From Octopus sinensis (lineage: Eukaryota): a DNA stretch of 64,000 nucleotides. The stretch is from the NCBI RefSeq assembly GCF_006345805.1, contig NC_042997.1:129022001-129086000 (forward strand). The letters are read 5' to 3'. The position numbers were made by a program, and so were the translations under genes. The first letter of the stretch is position 1, and every line of letters begins with the position of its first letter. Of this stretch, positions 63,810-64,000 are shown in pieces. Under the pieces are notes generated by a model. The model was not told the DNA's origin. It saw only the letters and a program-made list of their open reading frames with translations, and searched no databases.

Positions 63810-64000
63810 TTACTCTCTTTTACTTGTTTCAGTCATTTGACTGTGGCCATGCTGGAGCACCACCTTTTAGTCAAGCAAATCGCCCCCGGGACTTATTCTT
63901 TGTAAGCCTAGTACTTATTCTATTGGACTCTTTCACCGAACTGCTAAGTGACATAAACACACCAGCATCGGTTGTCACACACACACACACACACACACAC
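63810..64000 (-). mobile_element. SINE family B 3' tail running into (CA)n
   Basis: tttacttgtttcagtcatttgactgtggccatgctggagcacc is the reverse complement of the family B tail. Confidence 0.85.

Overview
AT-rich, repeat-dense animal genomic DNA. The SINE families, (TA)n/(CA)n/(CATA)n microsatellites and LINE mix point to an octopod cephalopod (inference). Nearly all entries in the supplied ORF track are microsatellite or transposon artefacts. The main host feature is a minus-strand gene that the ORF track does not assemble. It has a TATA+Inr promoter at about 45.9 kb and seven phase-compatible GT-AG exons (45774-45688, 24153-24129, 20561-20469, 18735-18637, 12023-11967, 5875-5753, 559-<1). They splice into one open frame of at least 347 aa: signal peptide, a helical domain with 2 Cys, then an acidic, N-glycosylation-rich region with 31-aa tandem repeats running off the window. 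I do not recognise the protein. The introns and upstream region hold decayed transposons: hAT, Tigger/pogo, two mariners, RTE, CR1-like, R4/Dong, CRE, Penelope and one Ty3/Gypsy element with two LTRs. There are also several MITEs, two long-TIR elements with 8-bp TSDs (Merlin-like), and many SINEs. A near-perfect 350-bp palindrome at 43.5-43.8 kb carries a minimal hammerhead-ribozyme motif in each arm, and more decayed hammerhead-like motifs lie nearby.
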